Of a stretch of DNA of 64,000 bases, positions 28,854 through 37,951 are shown piece by piece (position 1 is the stretch's first letter; each line of letters begins with the position of its first letter). Origin of the DNA: Acidimicrobiia bacterium (lineage in GTDB: Bacteria; Actinomycetota; Acidimicrobiia; Spongiisociales; UBA5794); NCBI GenBank assembly GCA_051002015.1, contig JBPCMS010000078.1:1564-65563 (forward strand), given 5' to 3'. The notes beneath the pieces were generated by a model, which was given only the letters and a program-made list of their open reading frames with translations, was not told the origin of the DNA and made no database searches. The translations under genes were made by a program, and so were the position numbers.

Positions 28854-28947
28854 CGGGCCATATCGGCCGCCAGACCCATGGCGAACCCGCCAGGCTGCCC
28901 TAAGCTCCTCGACATCAATCGAAACCGACCGGGCTCTCGCGTCTTCC

Positions 28948-29086
28948 AGCGCCAGCCCTCGCCCCCGTGGTGAGGTGACGAGGAAGAGGGATCATCGAGC
29001 AGTCGGCGGGTGCCCTCTCGGCCGCCCACGGCCGTAGGGACGGAGCAAACCCCGGGGGCGACCCCGGGAACAGAGGCCGTCCCGTG
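28948..29086 (+). ncRNA. glmS ribozyme: glmS ribozyme (GlcN6P-responsive self-cleaving riboswitch)
   Basis: AGCGCCAG...GACGAGG...TCGGCGGGTGCCCTC...GGCCGTAGGGA...CAAACCCCGGGGGCGACCCCGGGAAC matches, block by block, the conserved core I recall from Bacillus/Thermoanaerobacter glmS ribozymes. It ends 65 nt upstream of the glmS ATG. Confidence 0.85.
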
Positions 29087-29150
29087 TGGGGAGCGGAGCG
29101 ATCTCCGCTCGAGTGCCTCCGGTCGCACGACACAGGAGGTCGATGCGCGC

Positions 29151-30977
29151 ATGTGCGGCATCCTTGGCTACGTCGGTCCTCGCCAGGCCGCCCCATTGAT
29201 CCTCGACGGTCTCCGCCGTCTCGAGTACCGCGGGTACGACTCGGCAGGCATCGCCGTGGTCGATGACGGCGCAATCGACATCCGCAAGGCCCAGGGCAAG
29301 ATCGAGCGGCTGTCCGGCATCCTCGAGCAGAAGCCGCTGGCGGGCATGGTGGGGATCGGGCACACCCGCTGGGCCACCCACGGCGAGCCCAGCGACGCCA
29401 ACGCCCACCCCCACACCGATCCGTCTGGCCGGTTCGTCGTGGTCCACAACGGGATCATCGAGAACTTCCACGAGCTGAAGAACGCCCTCACCGCCCAGGG
29501 GCACGGCTTCACGTCCGACACGGACACCGAGATCCTCGCCCATCTGGTCGCCGACGAGTATGAGGGCGACCTGGTCGAGGCGGTGCGGCGCGCCGTTGGT
29601 CACGCCGCAGGCGCATACGCCCTGGTGGTGATGTGCGTCGACGAGCCGGAGCGGATCGTCGCCGTCCGCAAGGTGAGCCCGCTGGTGGTGGGGCTCGGTG
29701 ACGGGGAGACGTTCCTCGCCTCCGACATCCCGGCAGTGCTCCAGCACACCCGTGACTTCCTCGTGGTCGAGGACGGGGAGATGGTGGTGGTCGACGCAGA
29801 CGGCGCCACCATCGAGCACATCGAGGGCGGGGTGATCGACCGCCCGGTGCTCCACGTCGACTGGAACGCCGACCAGGCCGAGAAGGGCGGCTTCGAGCAC
29901 TTCATGCTCAAGGAGATCCACGAGCAGCCCGCCGTCGTGACCGAGACCGTCTCCGGGCGTCTCGACGCCTCGGGCGAGGTGTGGCTCGAGGGGGTCGGAT
30001 TCGACGACGCCTTCGCCCGAGACATGGAGCACCTGTGGGTGACCGCCTGTGGCACCGCCTACCACGCCGGGCTGGTCGGCAGGGAGATCTTCCAGCGGGT
30101 GCTCCGCATCCCCACCTCGGTGGAGTACGCCCACGAGATGCGGTACGGCGACCCGCTGGTGACATCGCCGAGCCTCACCATCGCCATCAGCCAGTCGGGG
30201 GAGACCGCCGACACCCTGGCCGCCGCCAGGCTCGCCCGGAGCAGGGGCTCGCGGCTGCTCGCCCTGACCAATGTGGTGGGCTCGACGCTGAGCCGCGAGG
30301 CGGACGACATCCTGTACACCAGGGCGGGTCCCGAGATCTCGGTGGCGTCAACCAAGGCGTACTCGGCGATGCTGGTGGCCCAGTACCTGCTGGCGCTGCG
30401 CATCGGCCGGGTGCGCGGGGTGGTCGACGCCGACCTCTCGGAGCGGATCGGTCGGGGGCTGCATGCCCTGCCGGGCCAGGTCGAGGCGGTGCTCGGCGAC
30501 GAGGAGTCGGTGGCCAAGGCCGCAATCCAGATCGCCGACGCCCAGGACGTGTACTTCATCGGGCGCGGCCTCGACTACGCCGTTGCCATGGAGGGGTCGC
30601 TCAAGCTGAAGGAGATCAGCTACCTGCACTCCGAGGCGATGCCGGCGGGCGAACTCAAGCACGGCACCCTGGCCCTGGTCACCAAGGGCACACCGGTGAT
30701 CGTGGTGCTCACCCAGGGCGCGGTGTACGACAAGACCATGTCGGCGGTGCAGGAGGTGAAGGCGCGGGGGGCGACCGTGCTCGCCGTCGGCTACGAGGAC
30801 GACTCGTCGATCGGCAGCTTCGCCGACGACGTGCTCAGGATCCCCCGCACCGACGACCTGCTCAGCCCGGTGACCGCCATCGTGCCGCTGCAGCTGCTGG
30901 CGTACCACGTCGCCCGGTTGCGGGGCCACGACATCGACCAGCCGAGGAACCTGGCCAAGTCCGTCACCGTGGAATAG
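29151..30977 (+). CDS. glmS: glutamine--fructose-6-phosphate aminotransferase
   Basis: MCGILGYVG... (N-terminal Cys nucleophile) ...SQSGETADTL...LAKSVTVE C-terminus. Confidence 0.97.
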   Translation: MCGILGYVGPRQAAPLILDGLRRLEYRGYDSAGIAVVDDGAIDIRKAQGKIERLSGILEQKPLAGMVGIGHTRWATHGEPSDANAHPHTDPSGRFVVVHNGIIENFHELKNALTAQGHGFTSDTDTEILAHLVADEYEGDLVEAVRRAVGHAAGAYALVVMCVDEPERIVAVRKVSPLVVGLGDGETFLASDIPAVLQHTRDFLVVEDGEMVVVDADGATIEHIEGGVIDRPVLHVDWNADQAEKGGFEHFMLKEIHEQPAVVTETVSGRLDASGEVWLEGVGFDDAFARDMEHLWVTACGTAYHAGLVGREIFQRVLRIPTSVEYAHEMRYGDPLVTSPSLTIAISQSGETADTLAAARLARSRGSRLLALTNVVGSTLSREADDILYTRAGPEISVASTKAYSAMLVAQYLLALRIGRVRGVVDADLSERIGRGLHALPGQVEAVLGDEESVAKAAIQIADAQDVYFIGRGLDYAVAMEGSLKLKEISYLHSEAMPAGELKHGTLALVTKGTPVIVVLTQGAVYDKTMSAVQEVKARGATVLAVGYEDDSSIGSFADDVLRIPRTDDLLSPVTAIVPLQLLAYHVARLRGHDIDQPRNLAKSVTVE

Positions 30978-31109
30978 CTGGCGGTGACGCCGGTAGCGGC
31001 TATCCTGGGGCAACGAACACGAGCATTCCGGGCCGGGAAGGGTCGTGGCGCCGTTGCGCCGCCCTCCCTCTCCTCCGCCCCAGCTTCGTCCCCTTTCGGA
31101 GGTTGTCCC

Positions 31110-31529
31110 ATGGACCACAAGCACGCCATCGTCGTCGTCGACCCCTCTTCACATCATGGCGAGGCCGCCATCGACTTCGCCGTCGCCGCGGGGCATCGTC
31201 ACCTGACCGCCGTCGTCTCGCGCTCCGGGCGGGCGGCCATCGCGCTGGAGCAGTACGCCGCATCCGAGGAGATCTCGGTGCGGGAGGCGGCCGACGTCTA
31301 CCTGGAGCAGCTGGTCCACCGGCTCGCCGCCAGGGACATCACCGCCACCGGCATGGCGACCGATGCCCTCGACACCGCCGTCGACCTCGCCTCCTGTGTG
31401 GTCGGCGCCAGCGCCACCCTGGTGGCGCTGCCCGCCGTCACCGGCCACCTCAACCACGATGAGGTGGAGCGGGCATCGCAGATCACCGGCATCCCCGTCG
31501 TCCTCGTCCCCATCCCCGTCTCGGTCTGA
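31110..31529 (+). CDS. universal-stress-protein-like small protein (tentative)
   Basis: 139 aa: MDHKHAIVVVDPS...ATLVALPA...GIPVVLVP. GGAGG RBS. Family assignment is weak. Confidence 0.5.
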   Translation: MDHKHAIVVVDPSSHHGEAAIDFAVAAGHRHLTAVVSRSGRAAIALEQYAASEEISVREAADVYLEQLVHRLAARDITATGMATDALDTAVDLASCVVGASATLVALPAVTGHLNHDEVERASQITGIPVVLVPIPVSV

Positions 31530-31596
31530 GCCCCCGCCCTCCGGTCGCCCGGCCGAGCGTTGGTGCCCGGTGCGGCGGGCCGATAGCGTTGCGGGC

Positions 31597-31971
31597 GTGA
31601 ACGTCGTCGGGCTCGGTGTCGATCTGGCCGAGGTGCCGCGGGTGCGGCACCTGGTCCGCACCTATGGGGACCGCTTCCACGAGCGGTGCTTCACCGATCA
31701 CGAGTGGGAGTACGCCCACCGCTACGCCGATCCCTCCGCCCGCCTCGCCGCCCGGTTCGCCGGGAAGGAGGCGGTGATGAAGAGTCTCGGGGCGGGGTGG
31801 CGCCGCCTCCACTGGCGCGACATCGAGATCACCGGCGGGGGGATGCCCCTGGTCAACCTGAGCGGGACGGCTGCGGAGCGGGCCAGGGTCATCGGGGTGA
31901 CCCGGGTCCTGGTCACCATCACCCACACCGACGACCGGGCCCTGGTGTTCGCCATCTCGGTGAACGACTGA
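31597..31971 (+). CDS. acpS: holo-[acyl-carrier-protein] synthase
   Basis: (GTG)NVVGLGVDLAEVPRV...RFAGKEAVMKSLG...ITHTDDRALVFAI. Confidence 0.88.
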   Translation: MNVVGLGVDLAEVPRVRHLVRTYGDRFHERCFTDHEWEYAHRYADPSARLAARFAGKEAVMKSLGAGWRRLHWRDIEITGGGMPLVNLSGTAAERARVIGVTRVLVTITHTDDRALVFAISVND

Positions 31972-31974
31972 GCG

Positions 31975-33378
31975 ATGCGGCCGGTCCTCACCCCGGACGA
32001 GACGGCCCGGCTCGACGCCGCCGCCGGAGACCAGGTCGACGTGCTGATGGAGCGTGCCGGTTACGCGGTGGCTCTGGCCGGGGTGCGGATGGGGGCAGGG
32101 TACGGCCGACGGGTCACGGTCCTCGCCGGTCGGGGCAACAACGGCGGCGACGGCTACGTGGCGGCCAGGCATCTCATGCGCCGCGGCGCCGCCGTCACCG
32201 CCCGTCCCTTCGGCCGGCCTGTCGGCGGCGGCGCCGCCGAGCGGGCGTTGCTCGCCGCCCGCGCCGCCGGCGTGCCGTTCTCGGATCAGCCTCCACCGGC
32301 CGATCTCGTCATCGATGCCGTGTTCGGGAGCGGGTTCCGGGGAACGATGAGCGCCGAGGTGGTCGACGCCGTCGACCAGGGGGCGGTGGTGCTCGCCGTC
32401 GACATCCCCAGCGGGGTCGACGCCGCCACCGGGCGGGTCACCGGCCCCGCCGTCACCGCCCACCGCACCGTCGCCCTGCACGCCCTCAAACCGGGTCACC
32501 TGCTCGGCGAGGGGCCGGAGCGGTGCGGGACCGTCGAGGTGGCCGACATCGGTCTCATCGGTGGAGACCCGGTATTCAAGGTATGCGAAGAGGTCGACGC
32601 CCCCCGACCCGCCCGACGGCGCACCGTCCACAAGTGGTCGGCCGGATCGGTGCTGGTCGTCGGCGGATCGCCCGGGTTCACCGGCGCCCCGCTGCTGGCC
32701 GCCACCGGAGCGCAGCGGTTCGGCGCCGGGCTGGTCGCCATCGTGAGCCCCGGTCGGCTGCAGCCGACCATCTCGGGCCGCACCAGGGGGGTGATCAGCC
32801 GCGGCATCGGGGACGCTGACCGGTTCGGCGCCGCCGATCTCGACGAGGTTCTGGCGGTGGCGACCCGCTTCGACCTGATGGTGCTCGGGCCCGGGCTCGG
32901 GGTCGGCGTCGACGAGTTCGTGCAGCGGCTCACCGTTGCCTGGGACAAGCCGCTGGTGCTCGACGCCGACGGCCTCAACAGCCTGGGCAGCCCGGACACG
33001 GTGACCGGCAGGGTGGCCCCGACCGTGCTCACCCCGCACGCCGGCGAGTTCACCAGGCTCACCGACGACCCACCCACGTTCACCGCAGCCTGCGAGCTGG
33101 CCGAGGCGACGGGCACGGTGGTGCTGCTCAAGGGTTCGCCCACCTTCGTGGTCGGCGAGCAGCAGTGGGCGGTCACCAGCGGTGGGCCCGAGCTGGCCTC
33201 GGCGGGAAGCGGCGATGTGCTCTCCGGGATGATCGGGGCGATGTGGTGCCGGGGGCTCGACGCCGAGACCGCCGCCCGGTCCGCCGCCTACTGGCACGGT
33301 CGGGCCGGCGCCGATCTGGCCGCCACCACTGCGCTCACCGCCGACGATCTCGCCGTCCACATCGGGCGGTTCGCCTGA
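31975..33378 (+). CDS. nnr: bifunctional NAD(P)H-hydrate epimerase / ADP-dependent dehydratase
   Basis: N-terminal YjeF_N (GRGNNGGDGYVAA) and C-terminal carbohydrate-kinase domain (GSPGFTGAPLLAA...GSGDVLSGMIGA). Confidence 0.9.
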   Translation: MRPVLTPDETARLDAAAGDQVDVLMERAGYAVALAGVRMGAGYGRRVTVLAGRGNNGGDGYVAARHLMRRGAAVTARPFGRPVGGGAAERALLAARAAGVPFSDQPPPADLVIDAVFGSGFRGTMSAEVVDAVDQGAVVLAVDIPSGVDAATGRVTGPAVTAHRTVALHALKPGHLLGEGPERCGTVEVADIGLIGGDPVFKVCEEVDAPRPARRRTVHKWSAGSVLVVGGSPGFTGAPLLAATGAQRFGAGLVAIVSPGRLQPTISGRTRGVISRGIGDADRFGAADLDEVLAVATRFDLMVLGPGLGVGVDEFVQRLTVAWDKPLVLDADGLNSLGSPDTVTGRVAPTVLTPHAGEFTRLTDDPPTFTAACELAEATGTVVLLKGSPTFVVGEQQWAVTSGGPELASAGSGDVLSGMIGAMWCRGLDAETAARSAAYWHGRAGADLAATTALTADDLAVHIGRFA

Positions 33379-34499
33379 TGAGACCGACCTGGGTGGAGAT
33401 CGACCTTGACGCCATCGCCCACAACGTCGCCCTGATCGCCGCCGAGGTGGCCCCCGCCTTCCTGTGCGCCGTGGTCAAGGCGGATGCTTACGGCCACGGC
33501 GACGTCCCCGTTGCCGAGACCGCCCTCGCCTCCGGCGCCTCCCGGCTGGCGGTGGCGTTGGTGGAGGAGGGCGTCCGGTTGCGCGAGGCCGGCATCGAGG
33601 CGCCGATCCTGGTGCTGTCCGAGCCGGACCCGGGCGACGCAGGCGAGCTGTCGGCCTGGGGGCTCACCCCTTCGGTCTACACCACCCGGTTCGTGCATGC
33701 GCTGGCCGCCACCGGGGCGCTCCACAACGTCCATCTCAAGGTCGACACCGGGATGCACCGGGTGGGCGCCGACCCCGGCCACGTCGGGGGACTGGCGGAC
33801 GCCATCGCCGCCTCCCCGAACCTGACCCTCGAGGCGGTGTGGACCCATTTCGCCGTCTCCGAGGAGGACGCCGACTACACCGCGGCGCAGATCGGCCGGC
33901 TGGGCGCCACCCTCGAGATGCTCGCCGCCGCCGGCCACCATCCTCGGCTGGTCCACGCCGCCAACACGGCGGGGGCCATCGGCCGCACCGACGCCCGGTT
34001 CGACATGGTGCGTGCCGGGCTCGGCATCTACGGGATGCGGCCCGCCCCGGCCACCGCACCCCACCTCGACCTGAGGCCGGCGATGCGGGTGGTGTCCCAC
34101 ATCACTTTGCTCAGGCGTCTCGGGGCGGGCAGACGTCCCTCCTACGGCAGGCGCCGTCCGCTGCCGGCCGACGCCTGGGTGGCCACGGTCCCCATCGGGT
34201 ACGCCGACGGTGTCTCCAGGAGGTTGTCGGCGATCGGTGGCGAGGTCCTGATCGGCGGTCGCCGTCATCCATTCGCCGGCAGGGTGACCATGGATCAGGT
34301 GGTCGTGGACGTCGGCGACGCCACGTTCGACATCGGGGACGAGGTGGTGCTGCTGGGGGCGCAAGGGAGCGAGCGGATCAGCGCCGAGGAATGGGCGGGC
34401 GCCCTGGACACGGTCAACTACGAGATCGTGTGCCGGTTCGGGCCCAGGCTTCCCCGGCGCTACCTACCGTTTCTTAGGACCGAAACGCATCACACATGA
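33378..34499 (+). CDS. alr: alanine racemase (last about 11 codons are supplied by the palindromic element)
   Basis: MRPTWVEIDLDAIAHNV...CAVVKADAYGHGD (PLP Lys)...PIGYADGVSR...YEIVCRFGPRLPRRY. The tail LPFLRTETHHT is encoded by 34470-34499. Confidence 0.93.
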   Translation: MRPTWVEIDLDAIAHNVALIAAEVAPAFLCAVVKADAYGHGDVPVAETALASGASRLAVALVEEGVRLREAGIEAPILVLSEPDPGDAGELSAWGLTPSVYTTRFVHALAATGALHNVHLKVDTGMHRVGADPGHVGGLADAIAASPNLTLEAVWTHFAVSEEDADYTAAQIGRLGATLEMLAAAGHHPRLVHAANTAGAIGRTDARFDMVRAGLGIYGMRPAPATAPHLDLRPAMRVVSHITLLRRLGAGRRPSYGRRRPLPADAWVATVPIGYADGVSRRLSAIGGEVLIGGRRHPFAGRVTMDQVVVDVGDATFDIGDEVVLLGAQGSERISAEEWAGALDTVNYEIVCRFGPRLPRRYLPFLRTETHHT

Positions 34500-34519
34500 C
34501 GCGTTTCGGTCCTAAGAAA
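34470..34519. repeat. palindromic repeat element, copy A (19-bp perfect arms, 12-nt spacer)
   Basis: TTTCTTAGGACCGAAACGC-atcacacatgac-GCGTTTCGGTCCTAAGAAA. A second copy lies at 44600-44649. Confidence 0.9.
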
Positions 34520-34569
34520 AGGGGGGTGGCCACCCGGTACCCTCCTTCCGTGACGTCCACCGAGCCGGC

Positions 34570-35493
34570 TTGGAGCGCAGGGTTGGAGATGCGGTCGTGA
34601 TCGAGGGCGGCACCCTCACTTCGGTGCCGGGGGTGGAGGTGGGGCATTGGACCGACCTGGTCGCCCGCACCGGGGTAACCGTGATCACCTTCCCCGAGCC
34701 CAACCATGCCGCCGTCGAGGTGAGGGGCGGCGCCCCGGGGAGCAGGGAGACCGCGGTGCTCGGCCACGGCATGCGGGTGGAGACCATCCAGGCACTGGTG
34801 TTCTCCGGCGGATCGGCCTTCGGGCTGGCATCGGTCGACGGGGTGATGCGCCGTCTCGAGGCCGACGGCAGGGGTCATCCCACCCTGGTGGGGAGGGTTC
34901 CGATCGTCCCCGCCGCCGTGATCTACGACCTGGCGGTTGGCGACCCGACGGTGCGGCCCGGCCCGGACGAGGGGGCCGCCGCCTACGACGCCCGCCGCCG
35001 TCATCCGGTGGCGATGGGACGGGTGGGGGCCGGTGCGGGCGCCTCGGTGGCCGGATGGCGCGGTCCGGAGGCCCGCGGCGACGGCGGCATCGGATCGGCG
35101 GCGGTCGTCTGTGGTGACGTCACCGTCGGCGCCCTGGTGGTGGTCAACGCCGTCGGCGACGCCTTCACCCTCGAAGGCGAGCCGCTCACCGGCGGGCCCC
35201 ACGTGCCCGGCCCGAGCCCGGTGCGCCCTGCCGCCATCGAGCAGACCACCCTGGTGGCGGTGGCGGTTGACGGCCTGCTCTCCAGGGCGGAGCTGTCGAG
35301 GACGATCGTGCGCAGCCACGATGCCCTCGGGGCGTGCTTCCGTCCCGCCCACACCCGCTTCGACGGGGACGCCGTGTTCGCGGTGGCTTGTGGCGGGACC
35401 GCCTGCGACGTCGACGCCGTCGCCGAGGCCGCGTTCGAGGCGACCGGGCGGGCCATCGAGGCGGCGGTCAGGGCGGGGAAGGGGGCTTGGTGA
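34570..35493 (+). CDS. peptidase S58 / DmpA (P1 aminopeptidase) family protein
   Basis: GVEVGHWTD...TGVTVI...GGAPG(S/T)RET...GGSAFGL...NAVGD motifs. TTG start is uncertain. Confidence 0.75.
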   Translation: MERRVGDAVVIEGGTLTSVPGVEVGHWTDLVARTGVTVITFPEPNHAAVEVRGGAPGSRETAVLGHGMRVETIQALVFSGGSAFGLASVDGVMRRLEADGRGHPTLVGRVPIVPAAVIYDLAVGDPTVRPGPDEGAAAYDARRRHPVAMGRVGAGAGASVAGWRGPEARGDGGIGSAAVVCGDVTVGALVVVNAVGDAFTLEGEPLTGGPHVPGPSPVRPAAIEQTTLVAVAVDGLLSRAELSRTIVRSHDALGACFRPAHTRFDGDAVFAVACGGTACDVDAVAEAAFEATGRAIEAAVRAGKGAW

Positions 35494-36140
35494 CCCCCGA
35501 GGAGCGGGCGCAGGCACTGGCCATCCTCGGCGCCGAAGCCTCGGTGTGCGTCGCCTGCCGGCTTGCTGCCGGCCGTACCAACGTGGTGTTCGGGTCGGGC
35601 GATCCGGACGCAGACCTGATGATCGTCGGCGAAGGCCCCGGAAAGCGCGAGGACGAGCAGGGTCTTCCCTTTGTCGGGCCCTCGGGCAAGCTGCTCGACG
35701 AGCTGCTCGACGAGATCGGGCTCACCAGGACCGAGGGGGTCTACATCGCCAACGTGGTGAAGTGCCGGCCCCCCGGGAACCGGGACCCGTTGACGGACGA
35801 GATCGACGCCTGCAAGGGCTACCTGCGCCGCCAGATCGAGCTGGTCGACCCCAAGGTGGTGCTCACCCTGGGCAACGCCTCCACCAAGCTGCTGCTCCGC
35901 ACCGAGCTGGGGATCACCCGGCTCAGGGGACGCCCCTACCAATGGTGGGGGGGCCGCCAGCTGGTCCCGACGTTCCATCCCGCCGCCGCCCTCAGGGGGA
36001 GTGCGCGGGTGCTCGAGGAGATGCGGTTCGACCTCGCCATCGTCCGCCAGGTGATCGACGGGACCTATCCGGGGCTGCGTCCTACCGATCCCGAGCGTGC
36101 GGCCGATCCGGATCCAACCCAGCTCGACCTGTTCGGATGA
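35490..36140 (+). CDS. udg: uracil-DNA glycosylase, family 4
   Basis: C..C..RTNVVFGSGDPDADLMIVGEGPGKREDEQGLPFVGPSGKLL...ANVVKCRPPGNR...HPAA. Confidence 0.9.
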   Translation: MTPEERAQALAILGAEASVCVACRLAAGRTNVVFGSGDPDADLMIVGEGPGKREDEQGLPFVGPSGKLLDELLDEIGLTRTEGVYIANVVKCRPPGNRDPLTDEIDACKGYLRRQIELVDPKVVLTLGNASTKLLLRTELGITRLRGRPYQWWGGRQLVPTFHPAAALRGSARVLEEMRFDLAIVRQVIDGTYPGLRPTDPERAADPDPTQLDLFG

Positions 36141-36219
36141 CCGGCCGGGATGACGCAGCGTCCGGGGGGCGGGCCGGGCGGTAGTCTGACACCCACCGGC
36201 CAGGCAGCAGGACCGCAGC

Positions 36220-36702
36220 ATGACCTCGATCCCATCATCCGACCCGGCCGGCGTGGTCTTGACCACCGCCCTACCCTCCGAGACCGTCGCCGTCGGCAGG
36301 CGCCTCGCCGGGCTGCTCCGACCGGGCGACGTGGTGCTGTTGGTCGGCCCATTGGGAGCAGGCAAGACGCAGGTGGCGGCCGGGGTAGCAGACGGGCTCG
36401 GGATCGACGATCCGGTCAGCAGCCCCAGCTTCGTCATCGTCCGCAGCTATGTCGGCTTCCTGCCCCTCCACCACGCCGACGTCTACCGACTCGGCTCCAC
36501 GGCGGAGTGGGATGACCTGGACCTGCTCACCATGGCCGCCGACGGGGTGCTGCTGGTCGAGTGGGGCAACGCCGTCGCCGGTGCCGTCCCCGACGACCAC
36601 CTCGTCGTCGACATCGCCATGGTCGGCGACCATGAGCGCAGCATCGCCTTCATCCCGCACGGGGGATGGTCCTCGCGGCCGCTGTGGGAGCTGAGCGTAT
36701 GA
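36220..36702 (+). CDS. tsaE: tRNA t6A37 biosynthesis ATPase TsaE
   Basis: VVLLVGPLGAGKTQ...SPSF...HHADVYRL...VLLVEW. Confidence 0.9.
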   Translation: MTSIPSSDPAGVVLTTALPSETVAVGRRLAGLLRPGDVVLLVGPLGAGKTQVAAGVADGLGIDDPVSSPSFVIVRSYVGFLPLHHADVYRLGSTAEWDDLDLLTMAADGVLLVEWGNAVAGAVPDDHLVVDIAMVGDHERSIAFIPHGGWSSRPLWELSV

Positions 36703-37415
36703 GGATCCTCGCCATCGAGACGTCGACGGCCGCCAGTTCGGTAGCCATCGGTCGGCACGGCAAGCTGGCCTCGATGGCGCTCGAGGTCGACGCCCGTGGC
36801 CATCTCGGGTTCCTGGCCGGCGCCATCGACTTCTGCTTCGCTCAGGCCGGATGGTCGCCCCCCGACATCGACGCCGTCACCGTCGACATCGGCCCGGGCC
36901 GCTACACCGGGCTGCGCGCCGGCATCTCGTCGGCGCAGGGGATCGCCGCCGCCATCGGGGCGCCGCTGATCACGGTGAGCTCGCTGACGGTGCTGGCGCT
37001 GCGGGCCGCAACCGGAAGACGCCGCATCTGGCCCGTCGTCGACGTGCGCCGGGGGCAGATCGCCACCCAGCCGTTCCAGCCGGTGCCGGGGGGCGTGGTG
37101 TCGGCCGGCAGCCCCGAGGTGGTGAGCCCCGACGACCTGCGCGGCCTCCTCGACGCCGACCCCGAGGACACCCTGGTGGTGGGCGACTGGGAGTCGATTC
37201 CGGAGGCGACCTTCCTCGGGCTGCACCGTGCCAAGAAGGGCCGTCCCCGCTATCCCTCCGCAGACGTGCTGCTCGAGATCGGCGAGATCAAGGCCTGCCG
37301 CGACGATTTCACCCCACCGGAGCGGGTCAGGCCGATGTACCTGCGCGAGCCCGACGCCACGATCAACTGGGCCGAGATCAGGGACGAGGGCTTCTGGCCG
37401 GAGGCGGCGTCGTGA
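36699..37415 (+). CDS. tsaB: tRNA t6A37 biosynthesis protein TsaB
   Basis: MRILAIETSTAASSVAI...GPGRYTGLRAGIS. ATGA overlap. Confidence 0.9.
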   Translation: MRILAIETSTAASSVAIGRHGKLASMALEVDARGHLGFLAGAIDFCFAQAGWSPPDIDAVTVDIGPGRYTGLRAGISSAQGIAAAIGAPLITVSSLTVLALRAATGRRRIWPVVDVRRGQIATQPFQPVPGGVVSAGSPEVVSPDDLRGLLDADPEDTLVVGDWESIPEATFLGLHRAKKGRPRYPSADVLLEIGEIKACRDDFTPPERVRPMYLREPDATINWAEIRDEGFWPEAAS

Positions 37416-37951
37416 ACGCCGCCGACCCGGTCGAGCTGACCGATGCCGTCCCGGTCCCTGTGATCCGACCCATGGCGCTCACCGACCTCGACCGGGTGCT
37501 CGCCCTGGAGCGGGCGATCTACCCCAACCCGTGGACCGAGGGCATCTTCCGTGACGAGCTGGCGGCCTCGGGGCGGGTGTACCTCGTCGCCGAGGCCGAG
37601 GGCAAGGTGGCCGGATTCGCCGGGATGATGGTCATCGGCGATGACGGCCACATCACCACCGTGGCGGTGGACCCGGTGCGCCGCCGCCACCGGCTGGCCA
37701 CCAGGCTGATCTACGAGTTGGTCGGCCACACCCTGGCGGCGGGGGCCCGCCACCTCACCCTCGAGGTGCGGATGTCGAACCGCTCGGCGCAACGGCTCTA
37801 CTCCCGCTTCGGCATGGCTCCCGTGGGGGTGCGCAAGGACTACTACGTCGAGGAGGACGCCCTGATCATGTGGGTGTCCGACATCGACCAGCCCGAGTAC
37901 CTCGACCGCCTCGCCGCCATCCGGTCCGACCTGGGAATGCCCCTTGGCTGA
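37412..37951 (+). CDS. rimI: ribosomal-protein-alanine N-acetyltransferase (GNAT)
   Basis: IRPMALTDLDRVLALERAIYPNPWTEGIF...TVAVDPVRRRHRLATRL...NRSAQRLYSRFGM. It lies between tsaB and tsaD as usual. Confidence 0.85.
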   Translation: MNAADPVELTDAVPVPVIRPMALTDLDRVLALERAIYPNPWTEGIFRDELAASGRVYLVAEAEGKVAGFAGMMVIGDDGHITTVAVDPVRRRHRLATRLIYELVGHTLAAGARHLTLEVRMSNRSAQRLYSRFGMAPVGVRKDYYVEEDALIMWVSDIDQPEYLDRLAAIRSDLGMPLG

